From positions 1-29,824 of IMG/VR virus record IMGVR_UViG_3300030329_001380: a stretch of DNA of 29,824 nt, one strand, 5' to 3'. The position numbers and the translations under genes are program-made. Below, piece after piece: positions 7,856 through 16,885 of this stretch. Below the pieces are notes generated by a model. It was given only the letters and a program-made list of their open reading frames with translations, was not told where the DNA came from and searched no databases. How positions within the stretch are numbered: the stretch's first letter is position 1; every line of letters starts with the position of its first letter. The DNA comes from a virus. Taxonomy: Duplodnaviria; Caudoviricetes.

Positions 7856-8737
7856 TTGAATTTAAAGGATATAAGAAAATATTTATCTAATATCTTTGAA
7901 GGAAAAAGAAAGAATGCAGTATCACTACCAAATGATACTGCTCTTTCTACTAATTTGAAAAAATTAAAAATAGGTGAAGAAGATACACCTGTTGAAATAT
8001 CAACATCAGAAGTTAGAGTTAATGGTACTATAAATGCAGATGCTGTAAATGTTGATGGTTCTGCTGTTGCTACAAAATTAAATGATTTGTCTGATGTATC
8101 ATATTCTAGTGGTGATTTAACTATAACAGATTTAGATAAGATAGTGGCAGATGATTTTGTAGTTGATTCAGGTGCAAGTGTTGAACTTGATTCACATAGT
8201 GGAAATTTTTTAGCAAAAAAAGCAGGAACAGAATTTAGTGCAGCAAATAGTGCTTATGCAGGAATGGTGCTTGGATATACTATGTTAAGAAACACAACTG
8301 CTGATGCAGGAGCAGAACTTATATCAATAGGAACAAGTTTTGCAACATTACAGACAGATGCAGGGAATGATGTGAAGGTTACTTTTGTTGCTCCACCAAG
8401 TGGCAAAGTTGAAATAGTTTTTTCAGCTTTAGTAGATGCTACTTCTAAAGTTATTTATTTTGCTTTATCTGATAATGCTACATATAATGAATATGATGCA
8501 ATACAAACCTATGATGCAAAATGTATGACTGTTGATGAAACAGATGAGAATGTTGTAAGTATTAGATGGTATGTTCCACTATTAACAGCAGGTTCATCAT
8601 ATACTTTTTTTATAGGAGCAAAAGTAACCAGTGGTACTTGTAATATTGTTCAAGGCATAAATAGGCTTAATAATTATAGTCCACCTATTATAGTAAAAGC
8701 AATAGCATTGCCTAACACAATTTACTCTGGGCAATAA
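7856..8737 (+). CDS. Structural protein, fibre/spike-like
   Basis: Likely TTG start at 7856 (the ORF-track start 7790 overlaps the holin-like ORF). LNDLSDV repeat-like motif and beta-rich C-terminal domain. Confidence 0.55.
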   Translation: MNLKDIRKYLSNIFEGKRKNAVSLPNDTALSTNLKKLKIGEEDTPVEISTSEVRVNGTINADAVNVDGSAVATKLNDLSDVSYSSGDLTITDLDKIVADDFVVDSGASVELDSHSGNFLAKKAGTEFSAANSAYAGMVLGYTMLRNTTADAGAELISIGTSFATLQTDAGNDVKVTFVAPPSGKVEIVFSALVDATSKVIYFALSDNATYNEYDAIQTYDAKCMTVDETDENVVSIRWYVPLLTAGSSYTFFIGAKVTSGTCNIVQGINRLNNYSPPIIVKAIALPNTIYSGQ

Positions 8738-8744
8738 AAATATG

Positions 8745-8782
8745 TTTATAAAAAGAAATATTATGTTATATTATACACAAAA
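8745..8782 (+). promoter_or_regulatory. Putative extended -10 promoter
   Basis: TG-N-TATATT at 8764-8772 in an AT-rich intergenic gap; shares TTATATTA..CACAAAA with 1652-1666. Confidence 0.45.
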
Positions 8783-8797
8783 TAAAGGCTTAATTTT

Positions 8798-9586
8798 ATG
8801 AGTTTTACAGGCAAATCACCAGCAAATACCTACAAAGATATAACCTATGTTGATAATAGTAATTCAGGAGTTACCACTACTATAAAAAGAATAAAAACAG
8901 GTGAAGGCTCTGATACTTCAGCATTAATATCTGATAGAGCATTAAAGGTTTTGCCTTCAACAGATAATGCTTCAGCATTTGAAGTTAATAATGCTTCTAA
9001 TACAAATAAATTTAGAGTAGATACAACAAATAATTATGTAAAAGCATTAGGACATCAAGTAAATACACAATATGCTAACTTTGGTGTAGCAAGTGGTATT
9101 GCTTCTGCTTATGCTGCTAATACACATTATCCTTTAGCATTTTCAGGTAATAATCAATCAGCAACTTTACAAGATAATATGACACTAGGAACAGGTACAG
9201 ACCCTGCAACATCATTTACAACAGCAGATGGTGCTAATACTGATGCTAGTTTAGTTGTTCCTGTTTTATGGTTTGTTCCTGATAATATAACAATAGACCA
9301 AGTAGTATCATTTGAAGGTTGTGATAATGCAACAGGTGGAACAACTAGAATGCACTTAATGAGTTATGATTTAACTTCAGGGAGTACATCTTGTTTAACC
9401 AATGGAACATTAATTGCACATAATTCAGATGTAACTAATGCAGGAAGTGAGCAAGTATATCAATCAACTTGGACAGTTGATAGTGCTAATGTATCAGGAG
9501 ATAAAGTTTTAATAGCAACATTTTTAACAACAGATGTTACTGGTGATTATTCAGTAAGTGTCAATGTAAAATACCATTTAAGATAG
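8798..9586 (+). CDS. Structural protein, fibre/decoration-like
   Basis: Thr/Ser/Asn/Ala-rich, beta-rich; lies in the structural block. Confidence 0.55.
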   Translation: MSFTGKSPANTYKDITYVDNSNSGVTTTIKRIKTGEGSDTSALISDRALKVLPSTDNASAFEVNNASNTNKFRVDTTNNYVKALGHQVNTQYANFGVASGIASAYAANTHYPLAFSGNNQSATLQDNMTLGTGTDPATSFTTADGANTDASLVVPVLWFVPDNITIDQVVSFEGCDNATGGTTRMHLMSYDLTSGSTSCLTNGTLIAHNSDVTNAGSEQVYQSTWTVDSANVSGDKVLIATFLTTDVTGDYSVSVNVKYHLR

Positions 9587-9593
9587 GAGAAAT

Positions 9594-11279
9594 ATGGCAA
9601 AGAAATTAAAAGTAGATTTAAATTTACAGGGTGATGCAGTATATAGTTGCAGTTCAACTAAAGGCTATGCAGACCAATTCACAATTAATCAACAAGTAAC
9701 TAATGCAGATACTTTTACAGATTTAATATCAACAAGTAAAGACCCTGCTGCTGCTTCAATATATTCAGCAAAAGCATTACTAATAAAAAATACAGGAAGT
9801 ATTGCAGCAGAAATATTAATTAAAGTTAATGATTGGAAAAATAGTAGCAATATAGATGCAGGAAATTCTGTTGATGTTGGTGGTGGTGGTGCAACTGTAT
9901 TTAGGTTTTGGAGTTTTGTTTTACCAGCTAATGATTTTATATTTTTACCTAATTCAAAAATTGTTTCATATAGTCCTTCAGCAGCAGGAACTTTTGAATC
10001 TGCTGCACTTGCTTCAACAGGAACATTTGCAGTAGAACCAAAAGATGTTAATAGTGGAAATGAATATAACCCTGTAACAGACCCTTCTGATGATTCTGCT
10101 GAACTTGTTAATGATGGCAGTATTGCAGCTGCTGATACAACTATAACTGTTGATGATGGTAGTTACTTTTTAGCAGGAGATAAATTGAGATTAAGTGCTG
10201 AAATTGTAAGGGTTGTATCTGTATCAGGTCAAGTACTAACAGTAGAAAGAGGTTTAGATGGAAGCACAGCAGCAGCAGAAGCAGATGATAGTGCTATTAA
10301 TTGGGCTTTCCATAATGAGCATTTAAGATATGATGTAGGCAAATGTATTACTACAACAGGTGGAAGATTTAAACAATCAGGTGGGTTCTTTGGACAATCA
10401 TGCAGAACATCAACAGGAGCAGTAGATGGTTTGGTTGCAGGTTCAGTTGCTATTGGTCCTTTTTATAGTGAAGGTGGCTATTTAGATTGGGGATTATCAG
10501 GCATTAGACCTTCAACAGATACAGGACTAACAGCAGGTACTACTTATGCTTTTGATTTAGTTTTAGATGAATATCATGCAAGTGGCAAGGGTTCAACTGA
10601 TACAGAAGCAACAATATCCTTTACTGTTGATTCTAGTGATACAACATTTGCATCAGGTTCTAATTCAGTATTACCTAAAATACAAGCAGCCATTAATGAT
10701 ACATTTAGATTTGTAGATGGGAACTTTGGAACAACAACTAATTTACAAAAAAATAGAGGTGCTACAATATCATTAGTAAATGGTGATGTAAGGATAAGGT
10801 CTAAATCTAATCATAGTGAAACTATTGTAGGAATAGCAGCACCTGCTTCAGGTACTACACCATTTGGTGTTGGAAGATTTCCTGCTGTATCAAGTGATGT
10901 ACCACAAGTATTAGGTAGTTTAGCAGGTTCAGGCACAAGTGGATTAATGTATGGCAGAGTAGCAACTAAAGCACCTGAAACAATTATAGACAAAGTAACA
11001 GGAAAAGAAACTATTAATTATAATGCTTTCTTGTTAGATGATGGTAATGGAAACTTATTACATAATGGCAATAGAGCAGGGAGTATAGATTATACTACTG
11101 GGCATTGCAGTTTTACACATTTACCATCAGCAGAATTTAAATTCTATGGACAATCATTATCTGCACATGCAGGTGGCACAAAATTTATAGCAACAGCAAA
11201 TAATGCAATACAATCTATAAGTGCTAGAAGCATTAACCCTAAAGATAATGCACAAATACAATTAGTGGTAATGAATTAA
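9594..11279 (+). CDS. Large structural protein (fibre/baseplate-like)
   Basis: AGGAG RBS; Gly/Ser/Thr-rich; TTITVDDGS..F.AGD....EIV.V.SVSG..LTVERG.DGSTAA beta module and DDGNGNL...GSIDYTTG motif, both of a kind seen in phage structural proteins. Confidence 0.6.
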   Translation: MAKKLKVDLNLQGDAVYSCSSTKGYADQFTINQQVTNADTFTDLISTSKDPAAASIYSAKALLIKNTGSIAAEILIKVNDWKNSSNIDAGNSVDVGGGGATVFRFWSFVLPANDFIFLPNSKIVSYSPSAAGTFESAALASTGTFAVEPKDVNSGNEYNPVTDPSDDSAELVNDGSIAAADTTITVDDGSYFLAGDKLRLSAEIVRVVSVSGQVLTVERGLDGSTAAAEADDSAINWAFHNEHLRYDVGKCITTTGGRFKQSGGFFGQSCRTSTGAVDGLVAGSVAIGPFYSEGGYLDWGLSGIRPSTDTGLTAGTTYAFDLVLDEYHASGKGSTDTEATISFTVDSSDTTFASGSNSVLPKIQAAINDTFRFVDGNFGTTTNLQKNRGATISLVNGDVRIRSKSNHSETIVGIAAPASGTTPFGVGRFPAVSSDVPQVLGSLAGSGTSGLMYGRVATKAPETIIDKVTGKETINYNAFLLDDGNGNLLHNGNRAGSIDYTTGHCSFTHLPSAEFKFYGQSLSAHAGGTKFIATANNAIQSISARSINPKDNAQIQLVVMN

Positions 11280-11289
11280 GGAGTAATAG

Positions 11290-12270
11290 ATGGCAACAGA
11301 TTTTAAATATTGTGGTATATCAGTATTAACAAGATATGTTAATAAGATTTCAGATTATGATAAAAAGTTGCAATTATTTAATCCTAGTACAAATAGCAAT
11401 TTGCATACATTTCATGATACAGGACATGTTGATACCTTGTTTATAAATGGAGAAGAACAAGCAACAGCAAATACTGATACACCTAATGCTAATGGTGAGT
11501 GGTGGTATATTGAAGCTACAAATAAAGTAGAATATTATAATGATGGCTATACATCAACTACTATCAATGAACAAATATTTGAAGCAGGTGAAGATTTTAA
11601 TAGTTATTTATCACAAGAATTAATAAATGCTTCTTTAGAATTTCATAATTATATAGATTCAAGATATTCTACACCTTTAGAAAAATCAAAACAAATTGAT
11701 ACAAATACAGCAGCAGCTTCAGTAGCAGAAGAATATGACCCTTTAATTGTTAAAATAGTTTGTTATATATGTGCTAGTAATGTTATAAGAGCAAAAGAGC
11801 CTGAAAATGAAATGTCTGATTATTATATGAATTTAGTAACTAATCCTGAAAGAACAGGTTTAGTAGATAAGTTAAATGATGGTATATATAAACTATCACA
11901 TGAAGTAGATGCTAATGATAAAAAAGGTTCAATAAGGCATAGAAATTTATCAGGAAGTATGGATATAGTAGAACTAGCAGGTCAATACTATGGTGAAAAT
12001 TATGATTTATTAAAAGTTGAAGTTGAAGCCACAGGTGCTTATGGTACAGGTACATTTAAAGTACATTATTTTTCTGATGATAAATTATTTGGTGCTACAT
12101 CAAGTGCAGAAAAAATAACTGGTGGATTACAACACATACATAATGGTTTATATGGTAGATTTCAAGGAGCAAGTGCAACTGATGGTGATATATGGGAGAT
12201 AGAAGTTTATGGCAGCCATAGAAAGCAAACTAATAAATCTAGTAAAAGCATAGAATTAAGTAGAAGGTAA
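11290..12270 (+). CDS. Putative head-tail connector/adaptor with accessory domains
   Basis: AAGGAG RBS; helical segments (LINASLEFHNYIDSRY...LIVKIVCYICA) resembling Mu gp36/SPP1 gp15-type adaptors; precedes the tail genes. Confidence 0.5.
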   Translation: MATDFKYCGISVLTRYVNKISDYDKKLQLFNPSTNSNLHTFHDTGHVDTLFINGEEQATANTDTPNANGEWWYIEATNKVEYYNDGYTSTTINEQIFEAGEDFNSYLSQELINASLEFHNYIDSRYSTPLEKSKQIDTNTAAASVAEEYDPLIVKIVCYICASNVIRAKEPENEMSDYYMNLVTNPERTGLVDKLNDGIYKLSHEVDANDKKGSIRHRNLSGSMDIVELAGQYYGENYDLLKVEVEATGAYGTGTFKVHYFSDDKLFGATSSAEKITGGLQHIHNGLYGRFQGASATDGDIWEIEVYGSHRKQTNKSSKSIELSRR

Positions 12271-12704
12271 TGGCAGTAACATACACCAATACATGGAAAA
12301 ATCTACTAACAGCATTAATGAGCAAGATTAAAGCAGAAATGAAATGTCCAGTATTTAGTGACTTTGATGAATCAAATAATGCTAATCAATTTGTTAGATT
12401 AGTACCTAGAGGTTCTACATTAGTGGAATTAGCCACTTTTTTAGAAGTTAGGGAGTTTGATATAGGTGTTCAATATTTCTTTGCAAAAAGAGATAATAAG
12501 AAATTTCAGAATTATGTATTAAATCAAGTATCTATTTTAGAAGCATTGGTACATGATAACATAACTTTAACATTAGCAGATTCTACTAAACTTGTAAATG
12601 TTAGTTTAGATGATTTAGAACTAAATGTAGAGTTAGATGGTTTTGAGGATTATTTTATAGCAGAGTGGACTTTAACAGGTACACACTATGGCAATGCAGC
12701 ATAA
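12270..12704 (+). CDS. Putative tail terminator/completion protein
   Basis: 144 aa alpha/beta pattern typical of lambda gpU-like proteins; just upstream of the tail tube gene. Confidence 0.55.
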   Translation: MAVTYTNTWKNLLTALMSKIKAEMKCPVFSDFDESNNANQFVRLVPRGSTLVELATFLEVREFDIGVQYFFAKRDNKKFQNYVLNQVSILEALVHDNITLTLADSTKLVNVSLDDLELNVELDGFEDYFIAEWTLTGTHYGNAA

Positions 12705-12713
12705 AGGAGGAGC

Positions 12714-12911
12714 ATGAAGATTAAAGCTAGAAATGAAAAACTTAATAATTTTAATGTTATGAATGTGCCTTGTTCATCAAGGGAATTTTCTGATTTGAGA
12801 GATGGCAAAGAAATTATTTTAGAAGAAAAAGTAGCAAACAAGATGTTGGCTATGGGATTGGTAAAAAAAGTAAATACAAAACAAACTAAAAAAGGAAAAG
12901 GAGATAAATAA
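12714..12911 (+). CDS. Small basic hypothetical protein
   Basis: AGGAGG RBS; 65 aa; Lys-rich tail. Confidence 0.6.
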   Translation: MKIKARNEKLNNFNVMNVPCSSREFSDLRDGKEIILEEKVANKMLAMGLVKKVNTKQTKKGKGDK

Positions 12912-13999
12912 TGGCTATAAGTCAAACAGTTATTCCTATTAGTGATGTTAAATTGGGTATCAAAGGTGAATCAGCATTTGGAACATTATTAGATAGTGAT
13001 GGAACAAATACAACTGCATTTAGGCAGCTACCTGTTGTCCAAGCAACAAAGCCAACATTTAATATTACAAGGGAATCAAGATTATTAAGTGGTAGAGGAA
13101 CAGTTAAAAATGCAGCAGATACAATAATAACAAATAAAAATGGTACTGTAACATGTCCATTTGATTTTATTGCTACACCTGAATTATTATTACAGCATTT
13201 AGTTTTAGTAACACAAACTTATAATGCAGATGGTTCTAATGTTTATACAGTAGAAGTAGATGGTTCAAACAATAATACACATATTGGTGGTGCTATTTCA
13301 AGTGGGTTGCCACATTCAGTAAACCTAGCATATTTTCCTGCTGCTTCACAAGGAATCTGTGTGCCAGGTTGTGTTGTTTCAGATATGGCAATTAGTGCTG
13401 ACTATGGAACTAATGGTGGAAATCTATCTATAAGTGGAAACTATTATAGTGGCTTTTCTAATCTAGTTGCATCAGCAACAGGTAGCAAATTAGAAGATAA
13501 TTTTACTGGAACTTGGGTTGAACCTGATGCAGGAGTATTTTTTAATCTAGGCAGTTTAAGTACAAAGCAATTAGAGGTTGATGGTGAAAATCAAGATATG
13601 ATTGTAAAAGGCTTTAATTTAAATATTGCTAATGGTGTAAACAGGGTTGGTTCTAATAGTGAGGGTGGTGCAGAAGCCTATGCTTTCCCTGAATATACAG
13701 TAACAGGTGATATTACAATTAAATATGATACTGAATTTGGTTTAGCAGCAGCAACTAATGTAGTGCAATCATTTATGGATGGCAATACTTGTACACTTGC
13801 ATTAAAATTTGGTGATGGTACTGTATCTAGTGTAAGTGAAATGAATATACTTGCAGAAGTACAATATACAGGTGACCCTACACAAGATATTAGTGAAAGT
13901 GGAATATTTTGGACAATACCTTTTGAGTGTGTTCAAAATAGTTCTACTGAAGCACTTAAAATATCATTGTTTAGTGATACTGCTATTGCTTCAATGTAA
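12911..13999 (+). CDS. Major tail (tube) protein
   Basis: 362 aa, beta-rich; KLGIKGESAFG N-terminus and FNLNIANG...VTGDITIKYD pattern; followed by chaperone pair and tape measure. Confidence 0.8.
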   Translation: MAISQTVIPISDVKLGIKGESAFGTLLDSDGTNTTAFRQLPVVQATKPTFNITRESRLLSGRGTVKNAADTIITNKNGTVTCPFDFIATPELLLQHLVLVTQTYNADGSNVYTVEVDGSNNNTHIGGAISSGLPHSVNLAYFPAASQGICVPGCVVSDMAISADYGTNGGNLSISGNYYSGFSNLVASATGSKLEDNFTGTWVEPDAGVFFNLGSLSTKQLEVDGENQDMIVKGFNLNIANGVNRVGSNSEGGAEAYAFPEYTVTGDITIKYDTEFGLAAATNVVQSFMDGNTCTLALKFGDGTVSSVSEMNILAEVQYTGDPTQDISESGIFWTIPFECVQNSSTEALKISLFSDTAIASM

Positions 14000-14067
14000 G
14001 AGTTAGTTAAGGGTTTAATAACCCTTATAAAAGAGTGTAAGATATATATAAAGATAAATATAAAGAT
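13997..14067. repeat. Second copy of rep-gene iteron-like array (71 bp)
   Basis: Ungapped hand alignment to 25820-25890 gives 53/71 identities; four 7-bp boxes at 11-bp spacing followed by AAGATATATATAAAGATAAA. Confidence 0.75.
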
Positions 14068-14079
14068 GAGGATAAGGAT

Positions 14080-14334
14080 ATGAAAGTTAAAATAGTAAGT
14101 GAAGATAAAAAGTTCAAACCTTTTGAAATTGAGTTAAAAGATGTAAATATGGATGAGAGAGAAGAAATCAATAATATGATTTTTGATACTCAAAAAGATA
14201 AAAACTTTTCTTGGTTTTTAAAGGTTATAGAACTTGGTACTAATTATAGCAGGGATGACCTGAACAAATATAGCAATGATGAATTGTTTGCAATATCAGG
14301 TAAAGTTATAGAGAGTGCCAATAAAAAAAAATAG
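14080..14334 (+). CDS. Tail assembly chaperone (gpG-like)
   Basis: Lies between tail tube and tape measure; ends in AAT AAA AAA AAA TAG slippery run. Confidence 0.75.
   Translation: MKVKIVSEDKKFKPFEIELKDVNMDEREEINNMIFDTQKDKNFSWFLKVIELGTNYSRDDLNKYSNDELFAISGKVIESANKKK
14323..14331 (+). other. Programmed -1 ribosomal frameshift site (A9)
   Basis: The -1 frame has a stop at 14322-14324, then is open (IEKIIFDINIWVSIKG...) through 14747. Confidence 0.75.
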
Positions 14335-14747
14335 AAAAAATAATTTTTGACATCAATATATGGGTGTCAATCAAAGGTTTAAAGAATGAAGGTTATAATG
14401 GGTTTGATTATCCATATCAAGGCTTGTGTCCTGTAACTGGTAAGCCTAAAACCTTTAATACTATTGAGGATGTATATGAACAATTATTATTATGCAATCA
14501 AGAGTTAGAGGATAAAAAAATTACTAATGTATCAGAAACATTATATATTGAACATTTTATGTTTTGTAATACAGAACAACTTATTGACAAAAAAATACAA
14601 ACAAGAATAAAAGAGTATAATTTCTGTAAAAGTTTTAGTTGTCCTCCATATCCTTCCTTAAAAGAAACACCTGCTAAAGTTATAGATGACTTTTTAGAAA
14701 TTGAAAGTATAATGAATAGAATAAAATTAGAAACAAGGAAAGAATAA
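14331..14747 (+). CDS. Tail assembly chaperone frameshift extension (gpT-like part of gpGT)
   Basis: In the -1 frame relative to 14080; no RBS before GTG 14364; stop overlaps the tape measure ATG. Confidence 0.7.
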   Translation: MEKIIFDINIWVSIKGLKNEGYNGFDYPYQGLCPVTGKPKTFNTIEDVYEQLLLCNQELEDKKITNVSETLYIEHFMFCNTEQLIDKKIQTRIKEYNFCKSFSCPPYPSLKETPAKVIDDFLEIESIMNRIKLETRKE

Positions 14748-16885
14748 TGACTACTTCAAAAAACACTCAAATAATAGAAGCAAAAACCAAAGGATTTAAT
14801 AAAGCTAAACAAAATATTAAAGGTGTTAATAAATCTTTAGGTGGAATGGCTAAACAAGCAGCTTTAGCAGCAGCAGCTATGTGGGGTGCTAAAAAATTAT
14901 TAGATGGTATGAAGGCTTCAATTAATTTAGCAGCAGAACAAGAATTAGCAGAAAAGAAACTAGAAGCAGCATTAGGTGGTGTTAGTAAAGAATTAAAGCA
15001 ATATGCCAGAGAATTACAACAAGTATCAAGATTTGGTGATGAAGTTACTTTAGGTGCTATGGCTATGATTGCTTCATTTGTAAAAGATGAAAAAGCAATT
15101 AAAATGGCAACAAAAGCAAGTATGGATTTAGCAGCAGCTAAAGGCATGGATTTAGTAGCAGCAGCAGATTTAGTATCTAAATCTTTAGGTTCATCTACAA
15201 ATGCTTTATCAAGATATGGTATTGAAGTAACAGGTGCAGTAGGCTCTACTGAAAGATTAGAATCATTAACAAATAATTTAGCAGCAGTTTTTGGTGGACA
15301 GGCACAAGAACAAGCAAACACCTATACAGGACAAATTGACCAAATGAATAATGCAATAGGTGATTTAGGAGAAGCTATTGGTGATAAACTTTTACCATTT
15401 TTAGAAAAAGCTGCTAATCTTGTTAAATGGACTGCTGAAAAACTAACAGCTCTGGTGGAAAATGCAAGAGCAGCAGGAGATGCTATTTGGGAGTTTTTTG
15501 GTGTAGAGGTAGCAAAAGAAGTAGAGGATAGGATTAATAATGCAAGTGGTGCATTTAGAAAAGTAACAGAAACAATATCAACTGGTTCTCAAAAAATTAG
15601 AAGTGAAGGGCAATTAAATATAAACAAATTTAATCTATTAGTTGATGCTTTGAAAGAAGTAGTAAAAGAAGAAGGCAATAGAAGTGTTATTATAAACAAA
15701 ATAAAATCTGAATATGGCACTTATTTAGGAAATATAAATTTAGAAAAAGCCACATTAGAACAAATAGCAGCATTCCAAAAAGATATAACTAATCAAATGA
15801 CAACAAGATTAAGAGTACAAGTTGGTGAAGAAGAAATTTTAGAAGTAATGAGAGAAGAACAAAAACTAATAAAAGAGATAAATAAGTTGAAAGGGGAGAT
15901 ACATTTAAAAGAGTTAGCAAATTCAATAATAAGAGGTGACAATCTTGACTTTGAGTTGTATCTAAATCAAAAGCAAATTAATGAATTAATAAAAAATGAA
16001 GATAAGATAAAAGATTTAAATTATCAAATTGAACAAAAAAATCTGAAGATTGATGCTAATAGAAACAAACAAAAACTATTAATACATCAATTATCAGAAC
16101 TTGGAATAGAATTTGACAATTTAGAAAGTTCAATAGAAGGTGCAGGAATAAGTTTAGCAGACCTAACTTATAAAGCAATGGGTGGTGCAGACCAATTTAA
16201 AGAACTTCTTGCAACACAAAGAGATTTAAGAGATAGTTTTATAGAAGAAGCAGAAGGAGAATCAACACTAGAAGACCAACTACAAGCATATATGGATTTT
16301 TATGAAACTAGAAATGAATTAGTAGAAATATCAGAACAAGAACATGCTGATATAATTGCACATTATCAAGGACAAATTAGTGATAGAAACAAAGATGAAA
16401 TAAAACAAAGAGTTAGTGATACTGTTGCAGGATTGGATGAAATTGGAAACCAATTTAAAGCATTTAAGAAAGTAGCACAGGCAGCAGCAATAGCAGAAAC
16501 AATATATTCTACTTATTATGCAGCACAAGAAGCATATACAAATTGGATAGAAAGCAAATTACCAATAGACCCTGCAACAAAACAAGCACTAGGTGTTGCA
16601 AATGCAGCATTAGCAGTTGGTCAAGGTATGGCTAGAGTAAACCAAATAAGAAAAGCAGCAGTAGGTGCAGATTATATAGCAGATGAGCCACAATTACTAA
16701 TGGTTGGTGAACAAGGATTAAGAGAAAGAGTACAAGTAACACCTTTAGATGGTGTAAATATAGAAGGTGGAACACAAGGAATAACATTAAATATTCAAGG
16801 CAATGTATTAACAGATTCATTTGTTGAAGAATCAATAGTGCCAAGTTTAAGAGAAGCATTAAGACAGGGAGAGGTACTTGCTTAA
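14747..16885 (+). CDS. Tape measure protein
   Basis: 712 aa, Ala-rich helical; LSRYGI and GQIDQMNNAIGDLGEAIGDKLLP TMP motifs; C-terminal LMVGE...ERVQVTPL motif. Confidence 0.88.
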   Translation: MTTSKNTQIIEAKTKGFNKAKQNIKGVNKSLGGMAKQAALAAAAMWGAKKLLDGMKASINLAAEQELAEKKLEAALGGVSKELKQYARELQQVSRFGDEVTLGAMAMIASFVKDEKAIKMATKASMDLAAAKGMDLVAAADLVSKSLGSSTNALSRYGIEVTGAVGSTERLESLTNNLAAVFGGQAQEQANTYTGQIDQMNNAIGDLGEAIGDKLLPFLEKAANLVKWTAEKLTALVENARAAGDAIWEFFGVEVAKEVEDRINNASGAFRKVTETISTGSQKIRSEGQLNINKFNLLVDALKEVVKEEGNRSVIINKIKSEYGTYLGNINLEKATLEQIAAFQKDITNQMTTRLRVQVGEEEILEVMREEQKLIKEINKLKGEIHLKELANSIIRGDNLDFELYLNQKQINELIKNEDKIKDLNYQIEQKNLKIDANRNKQKLLIHQLSELGIEFDNLESSIEGAGISLADLTYKAMGGADQFKELLATQRDLRDSFIEEAEGESTLEDQLQAYMDFYETRNELVEISEQEHADIIAHYQGQISDRNKDEIKQRVSDTVAGLDEIGNQFKAFKKVAQAAAIAETIYSTYYAAQEAYTNWIESKLPIDPATKQALGVANAALAVGQGMARVNQIRKAAVGADYIADEPQLLMVGEQGLRERVQVTPLDGVNIEGGTQGITLNIQGNVLTDSFVEESIVPSLREALRQGEVLA

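Noticed and set aside
14008-14027. TAAGGGTT/AACCCTTA hairpin as a terminator after the tail tube gene
   Set aside because: No U-tract, and the arms are boxes 2 and 3 of the iteron-like array; it may still fold but is not called as a terminator.
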